NCBI RefSeq assembly: GCF_009914755.1
Contig: NC_060934.1
Source: the human T2T-CHM13v2.0 reference genome, Homo sapiens
DNA: 64,000 bases
Strand: one strand, 5' to 3'
In this document: positions 17,670 to 29,500 of the stretch, piece by piece
How positions within the stretch are numbered: the first letter of the stretch is position 1
Layout of the letters: every line of letters starts with the position of its first letter
Made by a program: the position numbers and the translations under genes
The notes under the pieces: generated by a model
Seen by the model: only the letters and a program-made list of their open reading frames with translations
The model's database searches: none
What the model was told of the DNA's origin: nothing

Positions 17670-18533
17670 TTTTTTTATTATACTCTAAGTTTTAGGGTAC
17701 ATGTGCACATTGTGCAGGTTAGTTACATATGTATACATGTGCCATGCTGGTGCGCTGCACCCACTAACTTGTCATCTAGCATTAGGTATATCTCCCGATG
17801 CTATCCCTCCCCCCTCCCCCCACCCCACAACAGTCCCCAGAGTGTGATGTTCCCCTTCCTGTGTCCATGTGATCTCATTGTTCAGTTCCCACCTATGAGT
17901 GAGAATATGCGGTGTTTGGTTTTTTGTTCTTGAGATAGTTTACTGAGAATGATGATTTCCAATTTCATCCATGTCCCTACAAAGGACATGAACTCATCAT
18001 TTTTTATGGCTGCATAGTATTCCATGGTGTATATGTGCCACATTTTCTTAATCCAGTCTATCATTGTTGGACATTTGGATTGGTTCCAAGTCTTTGCTAT
18101 TGTGAATAATGCCGCAATAAACATACGCGTGCATGTGTCTTTATAGCAGCATGATTTATAGTCCTTTGGGTATATACCCAGTAACGGGATGGCTGGGTCA
18201 AATGGTATTTCCAGTTCTAGATCCCTGAGGAATCGCCACACTGACTTCCACAATGGTTGAACTAGTTTACAGTCCCACCAACAGTGTAAAAGTGTTCTTA
18301 TTTTTCCACATCCTCTCCAGCACCTGTTGTTTCCTGACTTTTTAATGATTGCCATTCTAACTGGTGTGAGATGGTATCTCATTGTGGTTTTGATTTGCAT
18401 TTCTCTGATGGCCAGTGATGATGAGCATTTTTTCATGTGTTTTTTGGCTGCATAAATGTCTTCTTTTGAGAAGTGTCTGTTCATGTCCTTTGCCCACTTT
18501 TTGATGGGGTTGTTTGTTTTTTTCTTGTAAATT
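17640..18533 (-). mobile_element. L1PA2-like 5'-truncated LINE-1 (~0.9 kb) with (TTTA)n tail, nested in an older L1M (~17380-19300)
   Basis: Intact ORF2p C-terminus (17882-18484, ...[10 protein letters not shown]); 3'UTR diagnostic site reads GAC-AAG-TTAG (GAG class, not Ta ACA); the host L1 sequence resumes after it. Confidence 0.88.
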
Positions 18534-19309
18534 TTCTAATATTTTGTTGAGAATTTTTGTGTCTTAAGTTCCTGACATAGAAATCTCATGAGAGACATTG
18601 ATTTATAGTTTTCTTTTTTGTACTGTCTTTGATTTTAATATCAAGGTAATACCTCATAAAATGAGTTTGAAATTGTTTCCTCTATTTTTTGGAAGACATT
18701 GCATAAAATCGGTGTTAATTCATTTCTAAGCATTTGGTAAAAGTCTGCAGTGAAGCCATCTGGACCTAGAATTTCTTTTTTGAAAAACTTCTTAGTTACA
18801 AATATTTATTTAATGGCAGTAGTACTATTCAGGTTTTCTGTTTCATCTTGATTGAGTTTTGGTAGTTTGTGGCTTTGAAATAATTAGGTTATATCTTATA
18901 AGTTTTTGAATTTATGATTTTAATTACAAAGATTTTTGTAATATGTCCTTTTTATCTTTTTAAACACCATAGGATCAGTATTCCTTTTTTTTATTGCTAA
19001 TATTTGAAATATGTGCCTTCTCCCTTTTTTATCTTTGTAAGTCATGGCAGAGGGCTATAAACATTGATTTTTTTCCACCAAAAAACTATCTTATATTTAC
19101 ATTATTCTCTTCCTTTTTTCATTTTTATTGATTTATACTCTTATTTTTATTACCTTCCTTTTGCTTGCTTGGACTTATTTTTATCTTTTTCTGTTTTCTT
19201 GAGATGGAGACTTAGATTACTGATTTGAGATCCTGCCTCTTTTGTAAGGTAAAAATTTAGTGCTATAAACTTCCCTCTTAGCACTAGCTTAGCTATGTCC
19301 CATAAGTTT

Positions 19310-20340
19310 TTTTATTATAAAATATGCATAACATATAATTTATCATTTTAGCCATTTTTACTTGTAGAGTTCACTGGCATTAAGCACATTGACATTGCTG
19401 TGCAACGATTACCATTATTCATCTCCAGAACATTTTCGTCATCTGAGACTGAAACTCTGTACCTGCTGAACAATAAGTCCTCATTCCCCTCTCTCCTCAG
19501 CACCTACTAACCACGGTTCTGCTTTCTGTCTCTATGAATTTGACTATTCCAGGTACCTCATATAAGAGGGATCATAAAATTGTTTTTTTGTGTGTGGCTT
19601 ATTTCACTTGGTTTATAATGTTTTCCAGGTTTATCCATGTTTAGCACCTATCAGAAATGTATTCAAGTCTGTATAATACTCCGTTATATAAACATACCAC
19701 ATTTTGGTTATTCATTCGTTAATAGACACTTGGGTTGTTTCCACATTTTGATTATTGTAAATAATGCTGCCATGAACATTGGTGTACAATTACCTGTTTG
19801 TGTCCCTGCTTTCAGTTCTTTTCGATATATACCTTGAAGTTGAATTGCTGGATTATATGGTAATTTTATGTTTAATTTTTTGAAGAACCACTGTACAGTT
19901 TTTCACAGCAACTGTACCATTTCCCAACAGCAATGCACAAAGGTTCCGATTTCTCCACATCCTCACTAGTACTTGTTATTTTCTATTTTTTGATAATAGC
20001 CATCCCAGTGGGTATGAAGTGGTATCTCGTTGTGATTTGCATTTCCCTAGTGATTACTGATGTTGAGCGTCTTTTCATGTGTTTATTGCCCACTTGTATA
20101 TCGTTAGAGAAATATCTATTGAAGTCCATTGCCCATTTTAAAATTGGCTTCTTTGAGGTTTTTTGTGGTGGTCTTGTTTTATTGTAGTTCTTTATATATT
20201 TTTGGATATTAATCCATTATGAGATATATGATTTGCATATATTTTCTCCCACTATATAGGTTGCCTTTTCACTCTTCATAGTATCCTCTGATGCACTAAA
20301 GTTTTAAATTTTGATAAAATCTAACATCGATTTTTCTTTT
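19310..20340 (-). mobile_element. L1MB-like 3' end
   Basis: ataacatataatttatcattttagccatttt...catctccagaac, typical antisense L1MB 3' end. Confidence 0.75.
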
Positions 20341-20695
20341 TTTATTATGTATAGCTTAAAAATGTGTTCCACACCCATTCTTCAGAGTTCTGTAGTTTGT
20401 GCTTTTCTGTATCTCCAACCTCTGCCTTAAAAAATAATAATAAATAGAAAAATCTTGACAAGACCAATTAAAAATGAAAAGGTTTTTTAAAGCTCAGTAA
20501 CACTGCAAGTAATTTAAATTGCCAATACAGAGCTTTCAACCAGAATGGAAAGGGAGAAATATACCTTATTTTCTGTTCTTTTAGAGTCCTAGTAAGTTGA
20601 GAAGCAGTTTTTATTTGTAAATGTCAATTTATGCATTTATATAACATCAGAACACATGCATATTTGAAAGCATATATGAGATTTCATATTTGAAA

Positions 20696-20969
20696 GCTGG
20701 ATGTAGCTCACAATCAACTTGAACACCTTCCAAAGGAGACTGAAAACAGTACACAGATAACCAACTTTGGCAACACAGTGAACTGCTAGACCTCCTAGAT
20801 ACTATAGGCATGAGAGGAAAAAGAAGATACTGATAGCTATTAATAGCTAACTGGATATTAAGAAGATTATCTTGATCCATTTTGGTAGTGAAAATTCAAG
20901 ATTAAAATTCACAATTATCAAAGTTGTAAAACTTTTAAGATAATATTTTAAAATCACTTTTCCATTTCC
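20696..20969 (+). pseudogene. Degenerate local duplicate of SHOC2 exon 3 (3' part) plus the start of intron 3
   Basis: Aligns to 21459-21735 at ~90% by eye; first 44 nt identical; 4-nt deletion; donor GT changed to GC. Confidence 0.93.
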
Positions 20970-21402
20970 ATTTATTTCCATGTCTTGAGGTAGATTATGA
21001 CCCTCAAACTGAACTCAAGGTGTATCTGATATTATTGTGCTGAATTTGGTTAACAAAATCAGTACTTCAAATTTTGGAATATATGTAAACATTTGTGGCT
21101 GAATTGGTTACTTAAAGAGGTTGGAAAAGTAATCATTCAGAAACAACATTTTAATTTTATCAGATGTCATCTTGAAGTAGTGGTTTCAGATTTGTGGTTG
21201 ACTTAGTTTTTGAGAAAATACAATTGTGATACAGAAAAAAGAAGTTTTTATTTTCTGGCAATGCAAGTATGTTCACTAAATGATTTAAAATTTTAAAATA
21301 AAAGTTGCCTATCTAATAAGGTTATGTTTCCCGTTGTTTGTGTTCAGAAATTATAGATTTATTTTCTTGCTTAGAAGTATTATCTAGTATGTTCTTTAAT
21401 AA

Positions 21403-21597
<195 letters not shown>

Positions 21598-22270
21598 TGA
21601 TAGCTGTTAATAGCTAACTGGATATTAATAGGACTATTTTTGATCCATTTGGTAATGAAAATTCAGGAGTAAAATTCACAATTACCAAAGTTGTAAAACT
21701 TTTAAGATAATATTTTAAAATCATTTTTCATTTCCTTTTCTTGGCAAAGAAAATAGGTTTTAGGAAATGAGCCCAATGGGATTATAAAAGAGAGAGAATA
21801 TTGAGTTACATGTATACATATTCTGTCATAGTTTGAATTGCAAAATGGGTGGCTTTTTCTATTTCTGCTTATTTCTGAGTTGCATGTTATTATACTGGGT
21901 GTGGTCCTTTCTTTGCTAAAGTATTCCATACTGAAAAATAAAACCATTGCTATTTAGTTTTTTAAACATGGCCAATATACTTTAAAGTTTGTTTATCTGT
22001 AATACTAAGGGGATAAGCAAGGAGATGACTTGAAGTTCAAAATATGTTTTATAGACTTAGCCAAATTGCAAAAAATTGAATTGAGCTGTGATATGTTTTG
22101 TGTTTATGTAGTCTTATTTTTCCGATTGCCCATAAATTTATACCAGTAAAGTGAATTTTAAAAATTCTGATGCCTTTTTAGTTATTAATGTGGTATAAGG
22201 ATACTATAATGTTTATTTAGAAAAATTACATCTCTACTTAATTTACATAATTTCAGTCATGAATATTTAG

Positions 22271-22684
<414 letters not shown>

Positions 22685-23999
22685 TAGTAGAGAGGGGATC
22701 ACTTCAATCAATTCGTGTTCAAGGCTTGAGATGTGTGTGGTCCCCCAAGTGATTAAAAGTTTTGCTGCAGGCTAACTGGATGACTCTTTTATTTCCAGTT
22801 CACCCTTACTGGTAGGGTGCAGCTCTAGAGGGTCCCAGTTGAGGTTGATGACTAGAGTCCCCACCCTTGGCAGGCCCTAGATTTTGACTCTTGCTGGAAA
22901 AATAACTTAGCCTTTTAGCTGCATCTTCCAGTTAGGGCTGTGTTCTTAGGACAGAATTATCTCCATTGTTTTGCTTGTATCTGGGTTCCCAGCTTGTTTC
23001 TGTTCTGGTGCTTAGTCATTACGTTGTTAACTCTCTGATTTTGGTTTTGGAAGATGTTTTTATTTATTTATTTTTTTATTGGGAGAATTTATTTGAATTA
23101 CCTACCATTACTTGAAACAAAGCAGTTGTTAGGGAATTTCTTAGCAGGGTTGAGTAGATTGTCTTAGGTTATACAGGACAATTATTTACAGAAAAGCAAG
23201 CTGAGACATGGATGTAATAAATAGCCGTTAGAATCTATGTTTCCCTGATTTTTGGCCCATGACACTATCGTATTACTATTTGTAGTGGAAAGAGATTACA
23301 TATTCTAGTTAACTGGTTTATGGTTTAGATGTCCCTCTGAAAGGCAAGATTGTCTCCAACACATAATGAATTATTCTATTAATATCCAAAATAAATATTC
23401 TACTAAATGTCCTGTATAAAATAAGAGAATCAGATTTCTGGTTCAAGATAATAAGGACCAAGCACAATTATTTCATGCTTTTTTTTCTCTTTAAAATCTA
23501 TTGAAATGGCCAAGATGAACAAGGAGATGTGACCTTAGGAGAAAAAAAACATAGGATATTTAAACTGCATGTTTAAAACATGATGAGGCTGATACAAAAA
23601 GGGAACAAAGAATAAAATACAATTCTTAGAGATATGTTTGCCAAATCAAATTTAATGGAAAATTCCATATAACCAAATGAACACAGCCAGAGACCAAAGT
23701 GATGATCTCTAGGATAAATTAAAAGTCCCCTAGAATCTAGATCAAAAAGAAATGTATACAAAAGAAGTGAAAAGTTAAAAAGTCATGGCAGATAGGACTA
23801 GACGTTCCAGAAGGCCAAATAGTGGTGATAGTTATAAAATATAATTTTATAATGTTTCCCTGAACTTGATAAAAACCCGGATAATAAGACCAAAATTGCT
23901 TACCAAGAAGAAATAAATTAAAAAGTTACATTCTGGTGGTAGTTTTAAATATTAGATGTATTTGTTTTGAATAAATAATAAATTCACATGTAATGTTAT

Positions 24000-25000
24000 A
24001 CAACCTATCTTTACCTGGTTTTTGGTTTCAGGGTAATGCTGGCTACGTATGTTCAATTTTTGGAATAGTTTGTATGAAATTGCATTATTTCTTCCTTTAA
24101 TATTTGATAAAATTCACCAGTGAAGCCATCCAGGACAGGACTTTTCTTTATGGGAATTTGTTTTAAAGCAATTTCAATTACTTTAATAAATATAGGGCTA
24201 TTCAGGTTATCACTTTCTTCTTCAGCAAACTTGGTCATATGGGTCTTTCAAGGAATATATTTGTTTTATTTCAATTATCACATTTAAAAGCATTAAGTTG
24301 TTCATAACATTCTTATTATTTTAATATCTGTAGAATCTATAGTAATGCCACCTCTCTAATTCCTGATATCAAGAATTTGTATGTTTTCTCTTTTTCTTAA
24401 TCATTCTGGTTAGAAGTATATCAATTGTGTTGATCCTCTCTTAGTTTTATTGATTTTCCCTATTGTTTCTCTGGTTTTTATTTCATTGATTTCCATTTTG
24501 AACTTTATTTCACCAGCTTACTTTGAGTTTTATTTGTTCTTTTTCTAGTTTCTTATGGTGGCAGCTTGAGGTCATTAATTTGAGACCTTTCTATTATTCT
24601 CATAAAGACAGTTAGCACTGTAAATTTCCCCTTAAGTACTGCTTCAGCAGCATCCCACAAATTCTGATATGTTGTATTTTCCTTTTAAAAGTTTTTTCTA
24701 ATTTACCCTTTTGTTTCTTCTGTGATCTATGGCTTTATTAGGTTGGTACAAAAGCAATCGCGGTTTTTGCTATTACTTTTAAAGGCAAAAACTGAGACTA
24801 CTTTTGCACCAACCTGATAGAAGAATGTTATTTTGTTCCCAAAAGCTTGACAATTTTCCATGATATATTATTGACTTCTAATTTACCTCCATTGTGGTCA
24901 AGAACATTCCTGATAGGACTTGAATTCTTTCATCATGGTAAAAGTATTCCATGTGCAGTTTAATGTGTATTCTACTTTTGTTGGGTGGAGTGATCCATAA
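24000..25000 (-). mobile_element. Old L1M ORF2 fragment hosting the MADE1
   Basis: Minus-strand ORF resembles ORF2p (KKSPVLDGFTGEFYQILKEE). Confidence 0.75.
24735..24822 (+). ncRNA. MIR548E: miR-548e precursor hairpin, derived from a MADE1 (Hsmar1 MITE)
   Basis: 80-bp palindromic MADE1 24738-24817 flanked by TA; arms CAAAAGCAATCGCGGTTTTTGC (24749-24770) and AAAAACTGAGACTACTTTTGCA (24787-24808) match miR-548e-5p/3p as I recall them. Confidence 0.88.
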
Positions 25001-25937
25001 ATATGAATCATGGTACAGATGAGGCAATCAATGAGTTTATTCTACTTTCTGCCGTTTCTGGAGGAGTCTCTTTTTCTTCTTATTTTTGTTAACTGCATTG
25101 TCAGCATAGGTAACATACCTTGTTGTACTAATTCCCATTTTTGTTTTAGTCTTAATGTTCATCAGCAGTCCTGTTGCCATAGTTGCCTCAGTCATTTCTT
25201 GGTTGGCTGAAGTCAATCTGGTTGGTAGTCATTTGCTCAAAAATGGTTCATGGGAGCAGTATTCTCCTATAGTTCTTGCATGTGTGTAGCTTTTATAATT
25301 TAAGAACAATTTAGATAGATACAAAATAATTGGATCAAACTGCCTTTCCTTGAGGATCTCAGTAGAACTTGTTAACAGGTAGTTCTACCTTCTTCTGGAA
25401 TTGAATGTACAAAAATAAGAGGCCAGTCCATTTTCTTTTTTCCCCATGATAAGTGACTTAGTCATTTTGCTTGGCCAGCCAAAGTATTATTTCTAGATTT
25501 CTGAAATTTTAAGAACTATATTTTATTTATCAGTGTTTATTTTTCAGGATCATATTTTCCTAGTATACTCTGGGCCAATTCAACATATAGGTTTAAGTTT
25601 TATTTCAGTACAGTGTTCTTCAGTATATTCAGTATATATTCAGGGTATATATGCTTTCTGTTTGCCATATATATTCAGTGTATATTCAGTATAGTGTTCA
25701 GTATAGTAAATATGTCACACAGTGACATATTTAGTTTGTGTTGTATGTTTTTACATTAAAATATGTATCTGTAAGTTTGGTTAGTATGAACAACAAACTA
25801 ATTGGAATGGTAAAGAAGAAAAGAAAGAATAATGCATAATCTCATCATAATCACTTTCAGTGGAATGTCACATAAAAGCACTTTCAAAAAATGACTTTAT
25901 AAGATCCAAATTCTTAGTCTTAGAAAAACAAAATGTT

Positions 25938-26592
25938 CAAGGGCTGAGGAAGGCGAGCGCATGGCGCGGGACTGGCAGGCAGCTCCACCTGCAGCCCCGG
26001 TGCGGGATCCACTAGGTGAAGCCAGCTGGGCTCCTGAGTCTGGTGGGGACGTGGAGAGTCTTTATGTCTAGCTCAGGGATTGTAAATACACCAATCAGCA
26101 CCCTGTGTTTAGCTCAAGGTTTGTGAGTGCACCAATGGACACTCTGTATCTAGGTGCTCTGGTGGGGACGTGGAGAACCTTTATGTCTAGCTCAGGGATT
26201 GTAAATACACCAATCAGCACCCTGTGTTTAGCTCAAGGTTTGTGAGTGCACCAATCAACACTCTGTATCTAGCTGCTCTGGTGGGGCCTTGGAGAACCTG
26301 TGTGTCGAAACTCTGTATCTAACTAATCTGATGGGGACGTGGGAGAACCTTTGTATCTAGCTCAGGGATTGTAAACGCACCAATCAGCGCCCTGACAAAA
26401 CAGGCCACTCGGCTCTACCAATCAGCAGGACGTGGGTGGGGCCAGATAAGAGAATAAAAGCAGGCTGCCGGAGCCAGCATTGGCAACCCACTCGGGTCCC
26501 CTTCCACACTGTGGAAGCTTTGTTCTTTCGCTCTTTGCAATAAATCTTGCTACTGCTCAAAAAAAACAAAAACAAAAAACAAAAAAAAACAC
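25938..26592 (+). mobile_element. LTR12C (ERV9) U3-R fragment with poly(A) tail and TSD (processed retrocopy)
   Basis: Typical LTR12C repeats (ctagctcagggattgtaaatacaccaatcagcacc); ends at AATAAA...tactgctcA(n); TSD aacaaaatgtt at 25927-25937 and 26593-26603. Confidence 0.9.
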
Positions 26593-29500
26593 AACAAAAT
26601 GTTGCTTTACTCTACTGCAAATCAGACAGGAGAACCAAAATTTAAGATACTTGAAATGTTATGAAGTGATTTTCTTATCCCTCTCATTGATGTTTAGTCA
26701 CTATGTATATCTTAGGATATTAAACATGCTAGACATTTTATTGTTTCTTGAACATATCAGGTAAATTCTAGCCTTGAGATCTTTGTGCTTCCCATCTCTC
26801 TGTTTAGAACTCTTTTCTCCTAAATATCTGTGTAACTTTGCCTGCTCCTTCAACTGATCAGATAGATATATATAGCATGATTTTCATTCGGCCTTCTTCT
26901 CTGTCTCAAATAGTCTAACAATATTTTATTATTTAATATTTTTATATATGTGTCTGTATCTCAAACTTGTTAAATAACAGTCAAAGGGGCATGCGATTAA
27001 AGTACTGAAATGAATAATCCTGGTAAACAGAGAAAGCATAGGTGGTGATATATGATACAGTCTTCTAGTAAGTAGGATTAGTGTCCTATTGGAGGTAATT
27101 CTTCTGTGTTTTAAGTGTGTTTACTAATATGAAAACATTTGATTTTATTATTAATCTCTTGTAGTTTAGATGTTATCCTAGAATAACACATATGCCTCAC
27201 CTCTAGCTTATTCTATAGGGCCAGATTACAGTATTACAAATTGGAAATCAATGAGAACTGAAACATTAACAACAAGAAAATTTTAAATAACATTGCATTT
27301 ACTTTTATATGCTTTGATGGTTGTCACCAAGTATAGTACAGCTGTTACTCTGAGTAAATGGCAAAGTAAATTAGTAATATTTATTGAAACTTTTTATGAT
27401 ATTGTAGTCATTTATCGATTACCATGTTTATTAAAATAATTACTTTATCTTTCTCCATCCTTTCCAGTCCTAGTATTTTGATGATGTAGCAGAAGATTGA
27501 GGTTTGGTGGGAAACTTTGACGTTTGGGTCTTGGTCTGTTAAAAATTTCAACAGTTTTAATTGACCTTTGAGATTTTCACTCTCATTTATTGAAGATGAA
27601 GAATTTACCCTAAGTAGTGGAAACTTAATTGAATTATGGTTCTCCTGATACTTCTCCTTTTTTAAATCCTACTCTAGTTCTGAGAAAGTATAACTTAAAA
27701 TGAAAAACAAACAGAAAGCCCAACACCTGTTCTGCAGAGTTGATGCTAGTCTGGAAGCAGCTGCCCACTCTCTTTTCCTTGGACTAAAGAATCTTGCCCT
27801 AAACTTGTAACTGAAAATCAAATCTTGTATTGTCTTAAAATCACTTCCCAGAAATCACTGTATTTACTTGCCTTTTCCTTTTTTTCTTTTTTCTTATAAG
27901 TAGACCAGAATGTTTTTTACTTTTTTCTTTATTTAACATGAACATTCCTGGAGTAACTATCACTCCCCTGTGATAATTACTGCCATTTACTTCCAGGCTG
28001 AGAAGCTAGTATCGCTGACAACTCATAGGATGTGAGGAAGAGACAGAAGGAAATGGGTTGGGGATTACCAAGTTGCAGTTAAGTAAGAGAGTGCTTAAAT
28101 ACATATTTATAGTTTCTCTGATTTAACTGTTAGTCTGCCTTGTTGAATAAAAAAAGTATTATTTTATATGAATATTTTCTCATTCAGAAATTAGCTATGA
28201 ACAGAAGAAAATATTAAGCTTTATTCCAACAGTTATTTTGTTTTAAAGTATGAACCTGATGTTTTTTAAAGCCTTCTGGTACCTCTGGTAGTTTTATGTA
28301 ATCCAGGGAAGAAACAGTCCGAAGTAGGAAAAAATACTTTACTTTGTATTTCTTCTCAAAATGAGATTAGGAGAGAACTGTGCCACAAAACCTTGCCTTC
28401 AAGGCTGGAGTGCAGAACAATTCACAGAGGCCTTTTTGTTGCACTGGGCTCTGAAGAAATGTTACATTAATTATGGTTATATCAACAAGTAGCATTTTAG
28501 TCATTTTAGTAATTGGGTTTTAGGTAATTACAGTGCAGCGTATGTATAACAACTTTACTAGTTTTCTTTTTAATGGTGGTGTTCTTTGGGTTTTTAACAT
28601 TCAGGAATTTCTGTGTTGCTTACTTTTCAGTTTGCTTTCAGTTTAATGTTTCTGAAAAAATAATGGTACCTTTGACATTTCATCCTTCCAACCCTGAGTC
28701 TTTCCTACTATTTTTTTTGCTACTTTGTTAAAATAAGATTATGATCATTTAAATTAGTCTTACTCGAAAGTTATACTAAATTAAACTAAAGTTGCTGGTT
28801 ATATTTGCTGAAATTGAAAGAATCTAATTTTAATTCATAGCCATTTGATTTCACCATATTTTAAAAATCTGACAGCGTAAGAGAAAGCAAGCTGTCAAAG
28901 TGGAGCACAGAACAATTTGTAGACAAAGTTAAGCACTTGAAAGCTAAATGCCAGTGATTGGCAGTGATCAGCCTACGTTTATATACAGGAGCTCAGCAAC
29001 AATGATTTTATTTCTTAGTCAAGATGGCTCAACATTAAAGCAAGCTTGTGTTGATTTCTAGGTTGCAGTTTAGTTTGTGGTTAAAACCACTCATTGAGAG
29101 GGGTTAGAGCTGAAACCACTGCAGAGGGTGAATCACAATAAATGCCAGACTTCTGATGTTTTCTTCTGGCGTAAAAGAGTTTTGATATTTCATCCTTAAT
29201 TTTTTTAACCTTTTTTATTTAGCTGAGAGTAATGGACTTTGGCAAAATGTGGATGACTCTTTGAATTTGCCAGTGGTCTCAAGTGATAGGGCCTTTGCAA
29301 ATGTGAGATTTCTTCATCAGAACAGCCTATTCTCATAGATTACATTGTTAGAAATTCAACCCCTTCCGCCCCAGCAAAAAGCAAAAAATTTAGATCCAAG
29401 AAAGGTGGAGGTACCTTTTAATTTAAATTACTACTGGTTTTGGTACTAGATAATGTCATGTAGCAATTTGGCTACATTATTTTTATTTTGTAATTTTTAA

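Noticed and set aside
17882-18484. 200-aa ORF as a separate gene or active L1
   Set aside because: It is the ORF2p C-terminus of a ~0.9-kb 5'-truncated L1 with no promoter, ORF1, endonuclease or RT domain.
20696-20807. Exon 3 copy as a functional mutually exclusive coding exon
   Set aside because: Missing first 22 nt and native acceptor, 4-nt deletion, and an in-frame stop when joined to exon 2.
26040-26400. Repeat array as CRISPR-like
   Set aside because: Human DNA; these are the intrinsic LTR12C U3 tandem repeats, without unique spacers or cas genes.
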